In this document: positions 41,918-54,518 of the stretch, in pieces | Layout: each line of letters starts with the position of its first letter | How positions within the stretch are numbered: position 1 is the stretch's first letter | Origin: Octopus vulgaris | Lineage: Eukaryota | Assembly (NCBI GenBank): GCA_951406725.2 | Contig: OX597831.1 | Location: 50,096,001 to 50,160,000, forward strand | Length of the DNA: 64,000 nt | Direction: 5' to 3' | Notes under the pieces: generated by a model | Told to the model about the DNA's origin: nothing | The model's database searches: none | What the model saw: the letters and a program-made list of their open reading frames with translations, nothing else | Program-made: the position numbers and the translations under genes

Positions 41918-42794
41918 CAAATAGACAGATAAATGCCTATAAATAGATGGATTGAATGTTTGATTTATGAATTGTTAGATAGCTCTACATATGTTTGTAC
42001 ATATAAATGTGAGTGTGTGTGTACGCGCGCGTGTGTGTGTACACGCGCGCGTGTGTGTGAGCATAGCATTTAGTGCGTGATTAAAAGAAACACAATTCAA
42101 TAAAAAGAAATGCAACATGAACAAATTGATAATTTACATGCTTATTGCACCAAGCGTGACATGATAGATGAAATCAAATTAATGCACATAAATTGGACAT
42201 TTCGGCATTGGCAAAGAAGTTGAGCAAGAAATTTTCTCGTCTAAAATCTTCTGTAAGTCCTTAAGCAAAAAGACGAAAAATAAAAAAATAAACTGAGTGG
42301 AAATGTCGTTCGGCTTAAATTATAAGCAAATTATTTACTTCTAACACTTAATGTGCTTGCCATAACGATTGGTTGCGCTCGACGCAAAACAATCAAACCA
42401 CATAGATTTCAGTTGTAATATTAAAGATGCTATATTCCCACCGTCGTTAGTAAACACAGATTGCTCGTATGCGAGACTGGGTTGTCGTGTGTTGCTGAAT
42501 ATGGAAACATACGTAAAAATTGGATTAAAGGCGGTCGGAGTTATGCGCCTGCTCTTTTCCCTTACATGAAAAAGAAAATTCAGAAGGATCAGTTAACTAT
42601 GTTTTTTTTTCAGTATATTACACAACTGATTCACATACTTATTACAGCGGTCGTTCAGTTTTTCTGAGCCCTGTAAAAGAACTCGAAAAGTTGGGCCTCC
42701 AACCAAGCCTTTTGCTATACCCTTAAAGCTAGAGTATACCTAGAATACAATAATTATTCTATGTATACTCTGTTTTCGCTATCTTTTTTACTCT

Positions 42795-42990
42795 TTTCTT
42801 TTATCTTTTATTTGTTTCAGTCATTTGACTGCGGCCATGCTGGAGCACCGCCTTTAGTCGAGCAAATCGACTCCGGAACTTATTCTTTGCAAGCCTAGTA
42901 TATTATTCTATCAGTCTCTTTAGCCGAACGGCTACGTTACGGGGATGTAAGCACACCAGCGATGTTGGGTGGACAAACAGAGACACACAA

Positions 42991-43036
<46 letters not shown>

Positions 43037-43206
43037 ACAACGGGCTTCCTTCAGTTTCCGTCAACCAAATCCACTCACAAGGCTTTGGTCGGTATGGGGC
43101 GAGGCTATAGTAGAAGAAACTTGCCCAAGGTGCCACATAGTGGGACTGAACCTGGAACCATGTGGTTGGTAAGCAAGCTACTTACCACACAGCCACTCCT
43201 GCGCCT
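42795..43206 (-). mobile_element. SINE family 1, full copy
   Basis: AGGCGCAGGAGTGGCTGTGTGGTAAG head, GGTTCAGTCCC B box, GGCACCTTGGGCAAG core. Confidence 0.9.
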
Positions 43207-43210
43207 AATT

Positions 43211-43338
<128 letters not shown>

Positions 43339-43408
43339 GGTCCCGGGTTGATTCGGGGTTAACCACAGTAAATGAATGAAACAGTTCTAGTCCTGTAGAA
43401 GCTCCTTC

Positions 43409-43502
<94 letters not shown>

Positions 43503-43506
<4 letters not shown>

Positions 43507-43990
43507 TCAGTCATTTGACTGCGGCCATGCATGAGCACCGCTTTTAGTCGAACAAATCGACCTCAGGACTTACTATTTGGAAGCCTAGTACTTATTGTAT
43601 CGGTCTCTTTTGCAGAACCGCTTAATGTTGTAAATGTTGTAAATGCCGAACCGCTAAGTATTGGACATGTGTCTTCTACTGTAGCCTCGGGCCGACCAAT
43701 GTCTTGCGAGCGGTTTTTGTTAGACGGAAACTGAAAGAAGACCGTCGTAGATATACATATTTATATTTATGTGTACGTGTGTTAGTGTTTGTGCCCCCCA
43801 CCATCTCTTGACAACTGATGCTGGTATTTTTATGTCTACATAACTTAGCAGTTCGGCAAAACAGAACGATAGAATAAGCACTAGGGTTACAAAGAATCAG
43901 TCCTGGGGTCGATTTCTTCGACTAAAACCACTTAAGTTGGTATTCTAGCAAGGCCGCTCTCAATTGACCAAAACAGGTAAAAGAATCAAA
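43503..43990. mobile_element. Two partial family 1 SINEs joined in opposite orientation (43503-43660 minus, 43661-43990 plus)
   Basis: Family 1 sequence switches strand across a short duplicated junction (AATGTTGTA twice). Confidence 0.8.
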
Positions 43991-45471
43991 CAACACACAC
44001 ACACACACATATATATATATGTGTGTGAATGTGTATGTGGGTGTGTATGTACCATTTAGCCCAGTACAACCTCTCCCATGATCGGGTCCTCGGCATCTAA
44101 GCCGGCAACCCTACCATGGTTGGTTGGTTGGTAAGTGGGTTAATTTAGATGTTGTCCAGGAATAAAAACAAGCCGGTCAGAGAGCATAAACTCTCCAGTA
44201 GTATATATATAGAGAGAGGAGAAAGTCACAGCAAAATCATAGGAAGTAACATCAACGTATGATCTTCATTCGGTGAAACTTCACAGCACAATCTTGACGG
44301 AAGCACCTCTTCAACCAACGACCAGTCAAAGGTCAACCAATTACGGCTAGTTGTTAGAACTGGTCATTCATCAATTCAGTTTAGCTACTTGTAAAACGAT
44401 GTACACTTCTGAGATCTCCTTGTGTTACCTATTAAAGCAGGATGAATAGTAGTAGTTGTAGTAGTAGTAGTAGTAATATGTATGTATGTATGTGTATATG
44501 TATGTATGTATGTATATAAGTATGTATGTATATCTATATACAGATGCGTGTATATATACATATCTACAAACTTACATGCATACACACATACACACAACAC
44601 AAACACACGGACCTACGTATTGATAGACATGGATGCACATACATATACATATATGCGTGTGTGTGTATTTACACACATATTCTCACACACATAGGCACAC
44701 ACACACACACGATCTGTGATCATAAAGGCAATGTAATCTCACTTCATTTATAAAATATTCACAAAGCGAATAATTATCTGGTTCCACGTACAAGCATTTG
44801 CCTGCAGTGTGTTCTTGTGTGCATGGTAACAAATCTTACTAAGACATACTCAAATATTCTTTCCACACTCATCGCACTTAATTAACCGATATTATTCCTT
44901 ATTTACTCCAGTGTAAATATAGCATGCAGTATCTTAGATATTCCTCTTAGCATTTACAGTGCTTATAGATTGTGACGTCAGATATCATTTCATAAGCCAA
45001 GTAAAATTTCTTTCAGCGATTCTTAATTTCTCTCTGTGTTTGATTGACATATTTTCAAATATAATGTAGAAGGTTACCCGCCATATTTGCAGGAGAAATG
45101 GAATACAGGAATATTCCGTCACGTTCTGTCAACGAAACTCTCTTCTTTCCATTGAACACGGTTATGCCTCCGAATAGGCTTGTAATAGTTTGCGAAAGCA
45201 AACGTGCGAATGCTGTGCATTACTCTCGTTATCTATCTCTAAATATTCTCTTAGACGCACGACGGTGAGCTGGCAGAATTGTTAGCAACGCCGGGCAGAA
45301 TGCTAACGACATTTCGTACGTCTTTAGGCTCTGAGTTCAAATTACGCCGATGTAGATTTCCCATTCATACTTTCGGGGCCGATAATAACCAGTTGAGCAC
45401 CGGGGTCGATATTATTTGATTTTCCTTTTACCCACCTTCTTACTGGCCTTGAGCCAACATTTGAAGGCAAT

Positions 45472-45673
45472 GGATCTTTTTCACTTTGACCGGAAGATTT
45501 TAAAAATAATTTCTATGTAACTAAAACATTTTAAACTTCGTATACTGGTAGAATGTGTTTATAAAACATCTTTTTCTCTTGGCTTTCTTGAGAAAATTCT
45601 GTAATGTGTAACATATTTGTTGTTTAATTTCTTGCATTTCAGCAAATTCTGCCGGTCAAAGTGAAAAGATCCC
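45472..45673. mobile_element. MITE, PIF/Harbinger-like, AAT target duplication, inserted in a SINE tail
   Basis: AAT|GGATCTTTTTCACTTTGACCGG ... CCGGTCAAAGTGAAAAGATCCC|AAT. Confidence 0.8.
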
Positions 45674-45907
45674 AATATTCTCTTACACATGTACATGTAT
45701 GTGTGTGTGTGTGTGTGTGTGTGCGTGTGTGCGTGTGTGTGTGTGTGTATTGTGTCATTCAAAGAACTGATGTATTATGTATGTATGCGTTTATATATAT
45801 ATATCTAGCTGTCTATCTTTATATATATGTATCTCGAGCGTTACATTAATACATCTGTTTGCTGTCTACACCACCTGTCTTCGTCTTTTGTTTTCTTTGT
45901 GAATTCT

Positions 45908-45985
<78 letters not shown>

Positions 45986-46277
45986 ATATATGTATGTATA
46001 CACTTATCCATGTATACTTATATGAGTATATCAAATGCCGATTTAAAATGTTGCTTCAGTGGTTTTGATGCCCAAAACCCAGTTCAATAATAATTCTGAG
46101 TGTAATTTGCTGAAAGCAAGATCGTTTGTTACGAAATCCAGCTTATGCCTCCTATTTGCGTACTCTCTCAAATACATTCATATATGCATTCACCCATCGA
46201 TCAATCGGTACATTGAAGCATACACATATGTGTGTGTGTGTCTACGTGTGTGTTTGTGCGTGTGTATGTAGATATAC

Positions 46278-46336
<59 letters not shown>

Positions 46337-46340
<4 letters not shown>

Positions 46341-47410
46341 TCAGTAATAATATAGGGTGAAATTAATTAATTTGGAATAATCATTAATTTCACCAGGTAG
46401 ATTTTCGGTATGTAAAAGCCCCCTTCGAGGAAAGTTTAAGTAATACTAAGTAATTAAGGGTTTAGCAACGATTTGCCTCACCACACACCGAATTTAGAAA
46501 TAGCAGTCAAAGAGTTATAGCTATTCTTTTGTTGGGGTGACCTACTGGAAGAGTTTTGGTTATTCCAGGGTCTGGGTTGTTCGAACTGGGTGTAATGTTG
46601 GTTCCTTAGAGTGGGTTGGAAACCACATTCATGGTCTAGAGGTGAATTCTTATATGTTGGGAGGGAACTCCAAGTTTGGAATGGTTTGGGTTGGGATCTA
46701 TAATCATAGTTCAGAGGTAGATTCCTATGTGGTGAGTAGGATCTCTGTTTCTGGAGCAATTCTTGTGTGGGCTGGGGTCTACATTGTCTGGTAAAGTTTT
46801 GTCTTGTGTTGGTGGGTGTCTGGGTTCTTTTGATGGGGTTGTAGTCCTCGAATGGGGCTTTTACATACCGAAAATCTACTTGGTGAAATTAATGATTATT
46901 CCAAATTAATTAATTTCACCCTATATTATTACTGATAACCATATTTCATCCCAGTAAATGACCACAACATCTTGTCTTGGCTGCACGCTGGTGGGAGGGG
47001 GTTGGTGACACAAACTTTCATTCACACTTTGAATTTGGTGATACTGGTAACGGCTTTAGCTCGCTCTGATACTATGAGTTGAGATGATGTCTTCTAGTAC
47101 CTCGAAATTTAATATACAATTATTCATAATTGTAGTGTCCTACGCTGATGAGAAAAAAGTTGGGTAAGACATAATTATCTAATTCTTATGCTTTCCTAAA
47201 ACTTAATTTCGAAACGTACGTCCGTAGGTGACTTAATATTGTATGATCGATTGTCGTCATTTCTTTCTCTCTTGCCTGTGTTTGCCTTTCAAGTGCTGTG
47301 GTTTTACTGAGATCTCCCTTTTAGTAGAAAGAATAGCTATAACTCTTTGACTGCTATTTCTAAATTCGGTGTGTGGTGAGGCAAATCGTTGCTAAACCCT
47401 TAATTACTTA

Positions 47411-47414
<4 letters not shown>
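46337..47414 (+). mobile_element. PLE-type non-coding insertion with two crossing inverted repeats, flanked by (TA)n
   Basis: 46337-46430 is the reverse complement of 46846-46939; 46443-46528 is the reverse complement of 47327-47414; HHR at 47139. Confidence 0.8.
47139..47228 (+). ncRNA. Type I hammerhead ribozyme, intact core
   Basis: CCTACG-CTGATGA-[59-nt stem II GAAAAAAGTT...AACTTAATTTC]-GAAA-CGTACG-TC-CGTAGG, with a perfect 6-bp stem I. Confidence 0.9.
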
Positions 47415-47487
<73 letters not shown>

Positions 47488-47514
47488 CATATAAAAGTAT
47501 ATATATATATATAT

Positions 47515-47900
47515 AGCCGCAAGAGTGGATATGTGGTAAGTAGCTTATTTACCAACCACATGGAACCGGGTTCAGTCCCACTGCGTGGTATCTTCTGCAA
47601 GTGTCTTCTTCTATAGCCTCGAGCCGACCAATGCCCTGTGACTGGATTTGGTGACGGAAATTGAAAGAAGCCCGTCGTATATATATATGTATACATATAT
47701 GTATATGTGTGTTTGTGTTTGTCCCTCCACTATTGTTTGACAACCGATTTTGATTTGTTTAGGTATCTGTAACTTAGCGGATCGGCAAAAGACAACGATA
47801 GGATAACTACTAGGCTTACAAAAAAATAAGTCCTGGGGCTCATTTGTTCGACTAAAGGCGATGCTCCAGTATGGTCGCAGTCAAATGACTGAAGCAAATA
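47515..47900 (+). mobile_element. SINE family 1
   Basis: GTGGTAAGTAGCTT..GGGTTCAGTCCCACTGCGTGG head and standard body. Confidence 0.88.
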
Positions 47901-47912
47901 TATGAAAAAAAG

Positions 47913-47949
<37 letters not shown>

Positions 47950-48949
47950 GTATGTATGTATGTGTTTGCGCGCGTTTGTGTGTGTGCGCTTCAGTATTTT
48001 ATTGGATGGTTTGGCCGAAGCATATATGAATGCATTTGTTTAAGTATGCATATAAACTTTCTACGGTTTATCGACGAATATTGTAATAAACGCTAATAAA
48101 AGGGCTTCGACCATAGAGTTTTGCTGAAAAGAAGGCCTTTATATCGATTTACTTTCCAGAAGCTCCTTTGTAACTCGTCCTATCATAAATTTTATGAAAC
48201 CCCTAGTTAGTTCATCGGTATCAACTTACAAACGGCACTCTCGTCACAAACATCTAAAGATTTGTACAAGAAGCAATTATTTTGATATGAAATTCTATTT
48301 TCAGAACATCCATTAAGAGCCAAAGAAAATACAACAAAATATAGAGAATGCCAAAAGTATTCTTCCTTACCCAGTATTTTAATTTAATGATGTAAACGTT
48401 TCCTTTAACAGAAATGTTCAATTATTGTTAAGAATAGATGTTTTCCCAACTTCAAGAACCTTCAGAAAAATGTTAAGTATAATATAAAAAAAATATGCAT
48501 AATGAACTAATTTAGAAATCAATGTCTATATATATAGTATTAATTTTAACAACTGTTTATAAAACTGAGTGCAATAAAACTTTCCTGAAAAGAAAACAAA
48601 AAATAGCTAATGACAAAAACCATAGCAATAGCTATTATATAATCAAGCAATTAAAGAAGCCATAATACTTTCATGCATGCACACATGCATACGAAGAGGT
48701 ACCCCAAAGAAACTGGAATTTTGCAATATTATGTAATTCACTTAGTTTTATATGTTTACACTTTTATCGTTTTCAAAGTATTCTCGATTTGGAACAATGC
48801 ATCGGAGCAGGCGCGTTCTCCACTATTCGAAGCAGTTAAGCAGTTCTTTCTTCAAACACTTTTCAAGAAAGAACATTATTTCTATTCTATATTTGTGTAT
48901 CAATGTAATAGATTCCAAATCAAGTAATAAAGCATGAGTGATACTCAGT

Positions 48950-49375
48950 TACTCTTTTACTCTTGTACTTGTTTCAGTCATTTGGCTGTGGCCATGCTGG
49001 AGCACCGCCTTTAGTCGAGCAAATCGACCGCGGGACTTATTCGTTATAAGCCTAGTACTTATTCTATCGGTCTTTTTTTCCGAACCGCTAAGTTACGGAG
49101 ACATAAACACACCAGCATCGGTTCGGTTGTCAAGCGATGTTGGAGGGGGGACAAACACAGACACACATAGATGTACACACACACACACATACACACACAT
49201 ATATACATACATATATGACGAGCTTCTTCCAGTTTCCGTCAACCAAATCCACTCACAATGCTTTGGTTGGCCCGTGGCTATAGTAGAAGACACTTGCCCA
49301 AGGTGCCACGCAGTGGGACTGAACCCATGACCATGCGGTTGGTAAGCAAGCTACTTACCACACAGCCATTCCTGT
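48950..49375 (-). mobile_element. SINE family 1
   Basis: Same consensus as 42795-43206. Confidence 0.9.
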
Positions 49376-49854
49376 GATGCACACATCGAGGCTATTATAT
49401 TTTGAAATACATTTCAACTTTGAAGGAGTGTTTATCTACCAGCTATTTAACGTAATCCACTTGATATACATTTGAAAATATATGTTTTATGTAATTTAAC
49501 ACACACGTAGATACATGTATATAATTATTCCTTCTAAAGCTAGTTGCAGATAATCGAAATCGATTAGATAAGAGAGTAAAAGACTTAAATATTCCAGCTT
49601 AAAACGTGCGGTTTTTTCACGGTTGATAAGGTTCAGAATTGTTCTTGAAATTAATCTACAACAATACATTCATAGATTGACAAACTTAACCAAAGACGCA
49701 TTAGGTCAAAAAAGTCTCACTGAAACATATACATTTTGACGATGAATTTCATTGAATAAGATATTGAAATGGCAAAGGATTTGTTTTGACAAAAGGAGAA
49801 GCGAGTTCCTTGATGTCATCATAATAGTTATGAATACGCACACTCACATATCCG

Positions 49855-49991
<137 letters not shown>

Positions 49992-50200
49992 GATAGATAT
50001 CATTATTAATAAATTCCAGGGTAGCAAAGAAAACTTGTCAATAGACTCTATATTATTCATATAAAAATACGGTTTACATTGAAACACATAAGAGATGGTC
50101 ATAACAGGACATCTGACCCGCTAGAAGGAGTAGTTAAACTCCAAACTACTATTAGGGGTAATTTCAAAAGGGAATGAAATATAAAAACATTTACCCTCTA

Positions 50201-50276
50201 TTTCCTGTACCATGGTTTCAAGCAATCTTTAGCAAATAAAATAATTTACTTTGGCGAAGCTCTCGTCAGCAGCAAA
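50201..50276 (-). ncRNA. Type I hammerhead ribozyme, intact core (GUA site)
   Basis: TTTGCTG-CTGACGA-GAGC...GCTT-GAAA-CCATGG-TA-CAGGAAA. Confidence 0.8.
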
Positions 50277-50449
50277 GACAAAATTAACATATAAAGAGGA
50301 GGCGATACATAACATGCCTCTTGTTTACATGTTATAATCAAAATTTTTATCGGCAGCAAATACAAAAATGCCGATTCTCTTGGAAGAAAATCATGTAAAC
50401 ACGAGGCATGTTCTTTATCGCCTCGTCTTTATATGTTAATCTTTGCTTA

Positions 50450-50519
50450 CCTGCTGATGAGAGCTTCGCTAAGGTAAATTATTTTATTTGCTAAAGATTG
50501 CTTGAAACCATGGCACAGG
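50450..50519 (+). ncRNA. Hammerhead copy with U16.1>C
   Basis: CCTG-CTGATGA-GAGC...GCTT-GAAA-CCATGG-CA-CAGG. Confidence 0.7.
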
Positions 50520-50742
50520 AAATAGAGGGTAAATATTTTTAATTTTCATTCCTTTTCGAAATTACCTCTAATAGTGGTTTGGAGTTTAACTACTCCTTCT
50601 AGCGGGTCAGATGTCCTGTTATGGCCATCTCTTATGTGTCTCAATGTACACTGTATTTTTATATGTATATATAGATACATATAGATATACATACATACAT
50701 ATATTTATATGTATGTATGTATGTATGTTTTTTTTCCGGTAG

Positions 50743-50813
50743 GCTGATATTGACGTGGTGGGGTATACTTTCTTCAAGCGCTGGGTGTTAAAACACTTTA
50801 GGTTCGTGGACAG
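50743..50813 (+). CDS. Candidate internal host exon (71 nt; ADIDVVGYTFFKRWVLKHFRFVD), product unknown
   Basis: TTTTTTTTCCGGTAG acceptor, CAG|GTGAGA donor, one open frame, unique sequence between microsatellites. Confidence 0.35.
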
Positions 50814-51546
50814 GTGAGATATCTCACACATACGCACACAAACACACACACACACAAATACACACACACCGACGGACACACTGGAAAGCCTTTGATCCTA
50901 AATATACTCGATCGAGGCCGATATAGCAGCCTAATGCACTCGAATAACAACGGCAGTAACAACAACATATATCTCAAATAGATTTGTAGACACCACATAA
51001 AAATATTTTAATTCGATAGGAAATATAAAAGCTGTGATATTTATGGACTTTTTTTTACAATAGCCTTAGCAATAATGGCGAAAATGAAATAAAGTTGTAA
51101 AGAACTATGTAAAGACTTTGAAGGACCATTGTTGATGTCCTGTTAAGTGAAATAACTCAACAGAGAAAAAAAAAACATCTCTAATCACCAATCACTTTTC
51201 GCAGAGATTAACCCTACGTCAGTCACTTCAACCACACAAACTAATAGAGTTTAGGAACTTTTGCCCCTAACAAAGAAAGCTGAAACGTAAAAGGCAGCCA
51301 TTCTCGAAATACATGAATAAAAAGATGATAAGAATTTGCAAATACGGCCGTAAATTCATTATTTAAATTATTTACACTATTTACATTCGACGGATATTTG
51401 TCCTCATCTTGTTTGTTGTTAACACAATATTTCGGCTGATATAGCATCCAGCCTTTTTCAGGTGTCTTGGGGAAATTCGAACCTGGGTTCTCATTCCTAA
51501 GGGTTTTTTTTTTTCGATTTTATTATTATTGTTATTGTTATTGTTT

Positions 51547-51603
51547 AGGTCACTGCTTGGAGTCGGACTCGGAATCTTGGGGTTAGTAGCCCGCGCTCTT
51601 AAT
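51547..51603 (-). other. tRNA-Ile(AAU)-like SINE head, 5'-truncated (not a functional tRNA)
   Basis: TTAAGAGCGCGGGCTACTAACCCCAAGATTCCGAGTCCGACTCC vs metazoan tRNA-Ile TTAGAGCGTGGTGCTAATAACGCCAAGGTCGCGGGTTCGATCCC (recalled sequence). Confidence 0.65.
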
Positions 51604-51651
51604 ATCGAAAAATACCTTAGGAATGAGGTCCCAGGTTCGAAATTTCCCCAA

Positions 51652-51697
51652 GACACCTGAAGAAGGCTGGAGGGTATATCAGCCGAAACGTTGTGTT
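51652..51697 (+). ncRNA. Minimal type I hammerhead (extra A after core, GUU site)
   Basis: GACAC-CTGAAGA-A-GGCTG(GAGGGTATAT)CAGCC-GAAA-CG-TT-GTGTT; decayed mirror copy at 51421-51466 (-). Confidence 0.75.
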
Positions 51698-51798
51698 AAC
51701 AACAAAGAGGAGGACAAATATCCGTCGAATGTAAATAATGTAACTAATGTACATAATTCCTCATCTCTTAAATATCGAACGGACGTAAGTTGCTTTAA

Positions 51799-52031
51799 TC
51801 TTTATACTGCATGCAAATCACAGTATTTGTATAGAAAGCGATAAAGGCAGTTTCTGTGCGTTCGTATTCATATACAAGAGGTGGTTATGTGTGACCGTTA
51901 CTTGGAATCGCAGCAGGAAGAAAATACGTCTAATCACTTTGGTTGCGACGTCCAAAAGCTCTAGATTTAATTCTCCCAAAATACAACACCACGACGTGCG
52001 CCATCAAGTGGCCAATGGACGAGACAACTAG
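51799..52031 (+). mobile_element. Possible non-autonomous Helitron
   Basis: A|TC...CTAG|T termini with a small GCCA-TCAAG-TGGC hairpin shortly before CTAG. Confidence 0.35.
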
Positions 52032-53579
52032 TTTCGAGGGAGGTAACTGTCTACAAATTACTCAAGGGAAAGTTGGATAAAATTTATATAGAAGCTTTCA
52101 GTTTCACAATACATTTCTGTTTTTGTATAATTCTGTATTATTTCCTATTTCTTTTCATGTAGAATAACATGAAAAATGGATGCTTTTGCAGTGTATTTAA
52201 ATGCGAACAGCAAGATTGTGTTCATCAGAGTGTTTACCGGGAATAAGAATAGAGTGCCTATTGAGCATTCTTTGTGTCTTTTTTTTTTCCTGTAACTTCT
52301 AGTGGATATAAAAATAATCAGTTGCTGAAATCAATAACGGGTAGCTTTCTCTCAGTAAAAATCAAATGATTTAGTAAATTTCAGACATAATGGCACCCAT
52401 TCTCAATTTAAAGTCAGTTGATATCTTTATACGCAATTTTATTTGCTCTCAGCATTTACACATATGCATGCTCACACGAACTCACAGTGAGGGAAATAAA
52501 GAAAGACAGAGGCACAAAGAGAAAGAAAGAAAGAAAGAAAGAAAGAATGAGAGAAAGAGAGACAAAGAGAAAGAAAGAGAGACGCATTTAAAGCTTCAAC
52601 ATGTTGGTAACGTGATATTGCTTTCCCTGTATGATATATCAGTGTTTATTTCATCTCCTGAGTTGTATTTGTGGAAAGATAGCTAATTTGAGCCTATCTC
52701 TTTCCAATCTATTATTATCCAATTAGAATTTGAACTCAGTATTGAAATCTAACGTTCTATGTTTATCATATATACATATACATACATATATATATATATA
52801 TATAGGTGGGTATGTATGCGCGTATGTATGTATATATGCATGCATGTATGTATATGTTTTATAATACCAAGTATTGATTATGAGGAATACAATATTCCGT
52901 ACATGGAATATTATATTGAATTTTGTTCATTTTGAACTCAGACTGATATTCTATCCACTGACTGAATAATTGTTAACTAACGCATACACAGTTTCTTAAC
53001 AATCTGAAAGAAATCGAAGAGCTTGCTAGAAATAAAAACAAAATACTAAAGAACTAATATGCCTTAAATAGCATTGTTGTACTTAGAACCCGTCGGATAT
53101 ATTCCTAAATACCCAATGATTACTATACATACATACATACATACATACATACATACATACATACATACATACATACATACATACATACAGCTAACTGACA
53201 ACGTAACCATACGCTCTCACACTCACACACACACACACACACACTCAACCCACATATATACGCGCGCGTACACATGCACTCACAAATGGTTTTATATAAT
53301 GTAACATCATCAAAATATATGACGAGACACAAAACGCATTCTGTTGTAGAGGCAAATAGAGCTTTTATCAAATACTCTATGTGAGACAACTTCACCGAGG
53401 TCCAAGATATAAAGATGTAACTATTGGAAAGTTAAGCTTATGGAGGAAGAATTCTCTGATGTTCCCGATGTGACTGAGTGGGCCCTAACAAACTGATTTG
53501 ATGATATATGTTTGTATACATATACATATGCATATACATACACACATACATACATCATATATATATATATATATAATCT

Positions 53580-53950
53580 TGCGCTTGAAGGCTGGGACTA
53601 CGGGCCATACGTCCCCTGCCCAATTCAAGATCACAGCATATAGGTACACTACGACATAATTTCTTTTTCCTCAACAGGCCCTGCCCTGTTTAACATTGTC
53701 CCAAAACTGATTAAAGAGGAAAAGGATCCCATCACCTTTGAACGGAGTCTGGACAGATTTCTTCAAGGAATACCTAATAAGCCACCCATACCTGGATACA
53801 ACTCACTCAACAAGAACTCACTACTTGAATGGACCATAAACAAAACTTAACTTAAAAAGGATTTAGATAATCCCATCAGGTGGTACTATTAATTTAGACA
53901 TGGCCTGGACCAATCCTTGGCTGAAACATATCTAAGTTTGTTTTTCTAAG
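53580..53950 (+). mobile_element. CR1-group LINE 3' end fragment
   Basis: RHNFFSSTGPALFNIVPKLIK..FERSLDRFLQGIPNKP..NSLLEW, homologous to 37380-37560; flanked by (TA)n. Confidence 0.75.
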
Positions 53951-53952
53951 TT

Positions 53953-53987
<35 letters not shown>

Positions 53988-54359
53988 TTGACGAGTCTAT
54001 CTAATAGTAGCACCTATTTGGACGCAAATATATAATGTTGCACTTTGTAAGAGTATAGGAAGTGCCAAACAGTATGTTGCGTACGTTTTCACATAAAATA
54101 TGAAATGCCACTGCGCATGAAATTAACTCTAAGGCCAGTCTGTGAACTAAGAACACACATCTATTATAAAGGATGTTTGCTGAATACATGAGTGAAGTAA
54201 TTATCCGAAAACATTGCCCTGACTAATGGAGTGGTACTTCACGAACCAACATAGTTAGCCAACATATGCACTGCAGTTACAGTGTATTTCTTCCATACAA
54301 AGTTACCTAACAGCATACCACCCTCATCTTGGACCATTTATGTTTCTCACTTTTTCTCC

Positions 54360-54395
<36 letters not shown>

Positions 54396-54398
<3 letters not shown>

Positions 54399-54441
54399 GG
54401 TTCAGTAAATTGTATTATATAATACAATTTACTGAACGTTC
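54396..54441. repeat. Perfect 38-bp palindrome (54400-54437)
   Basis: GTTCAGTAAATTGTATTAT|ATAATACAATTTACTGAAC. Confidence 0.95.
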
Positions 54442-54518
54442 AGATTTTAATATGCTACACCACAGGTGTTAAATTGATGTTAATTAAATTAATATCCAAT
54501 TTCTCACCCTCATGTTAA

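Larger units (their letters stand above)
50058..50665. mobile_element. Fold-back PLE-type insertion, arms about 275 bp (50058-50331 / 50392-50665)
   Basis: AACAGGACATCTGACCCGCTAGAAGGAGTAGTTAAACTCC vs its exact reverse complement at 50581-50620; an HHR motif in each arm. Confidence 0.88.
51372..51780. mobile_element. Head-to-head pair of a tRNA-headed, hammerhead-containing short element
   Basis: Arms 51372-51518 and 51604-51743 are reverse complements; the spacer holds a tRNA-like head on the minus strand. Confidence 0.8.

Noticed and set aside
48779-48840. IGAGAFSTI kinase glycine-loop-like peptide
   Set aside because: The frame closes immediately, there is no good donor, and no other kinase motifs are visible in the window.
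51547-51603. Functional tRNA gene
   Set aside because: Acceptor stem and 5' D arm are missing and the T and anticodon stems are mispaired; it is only a SINE-type head.
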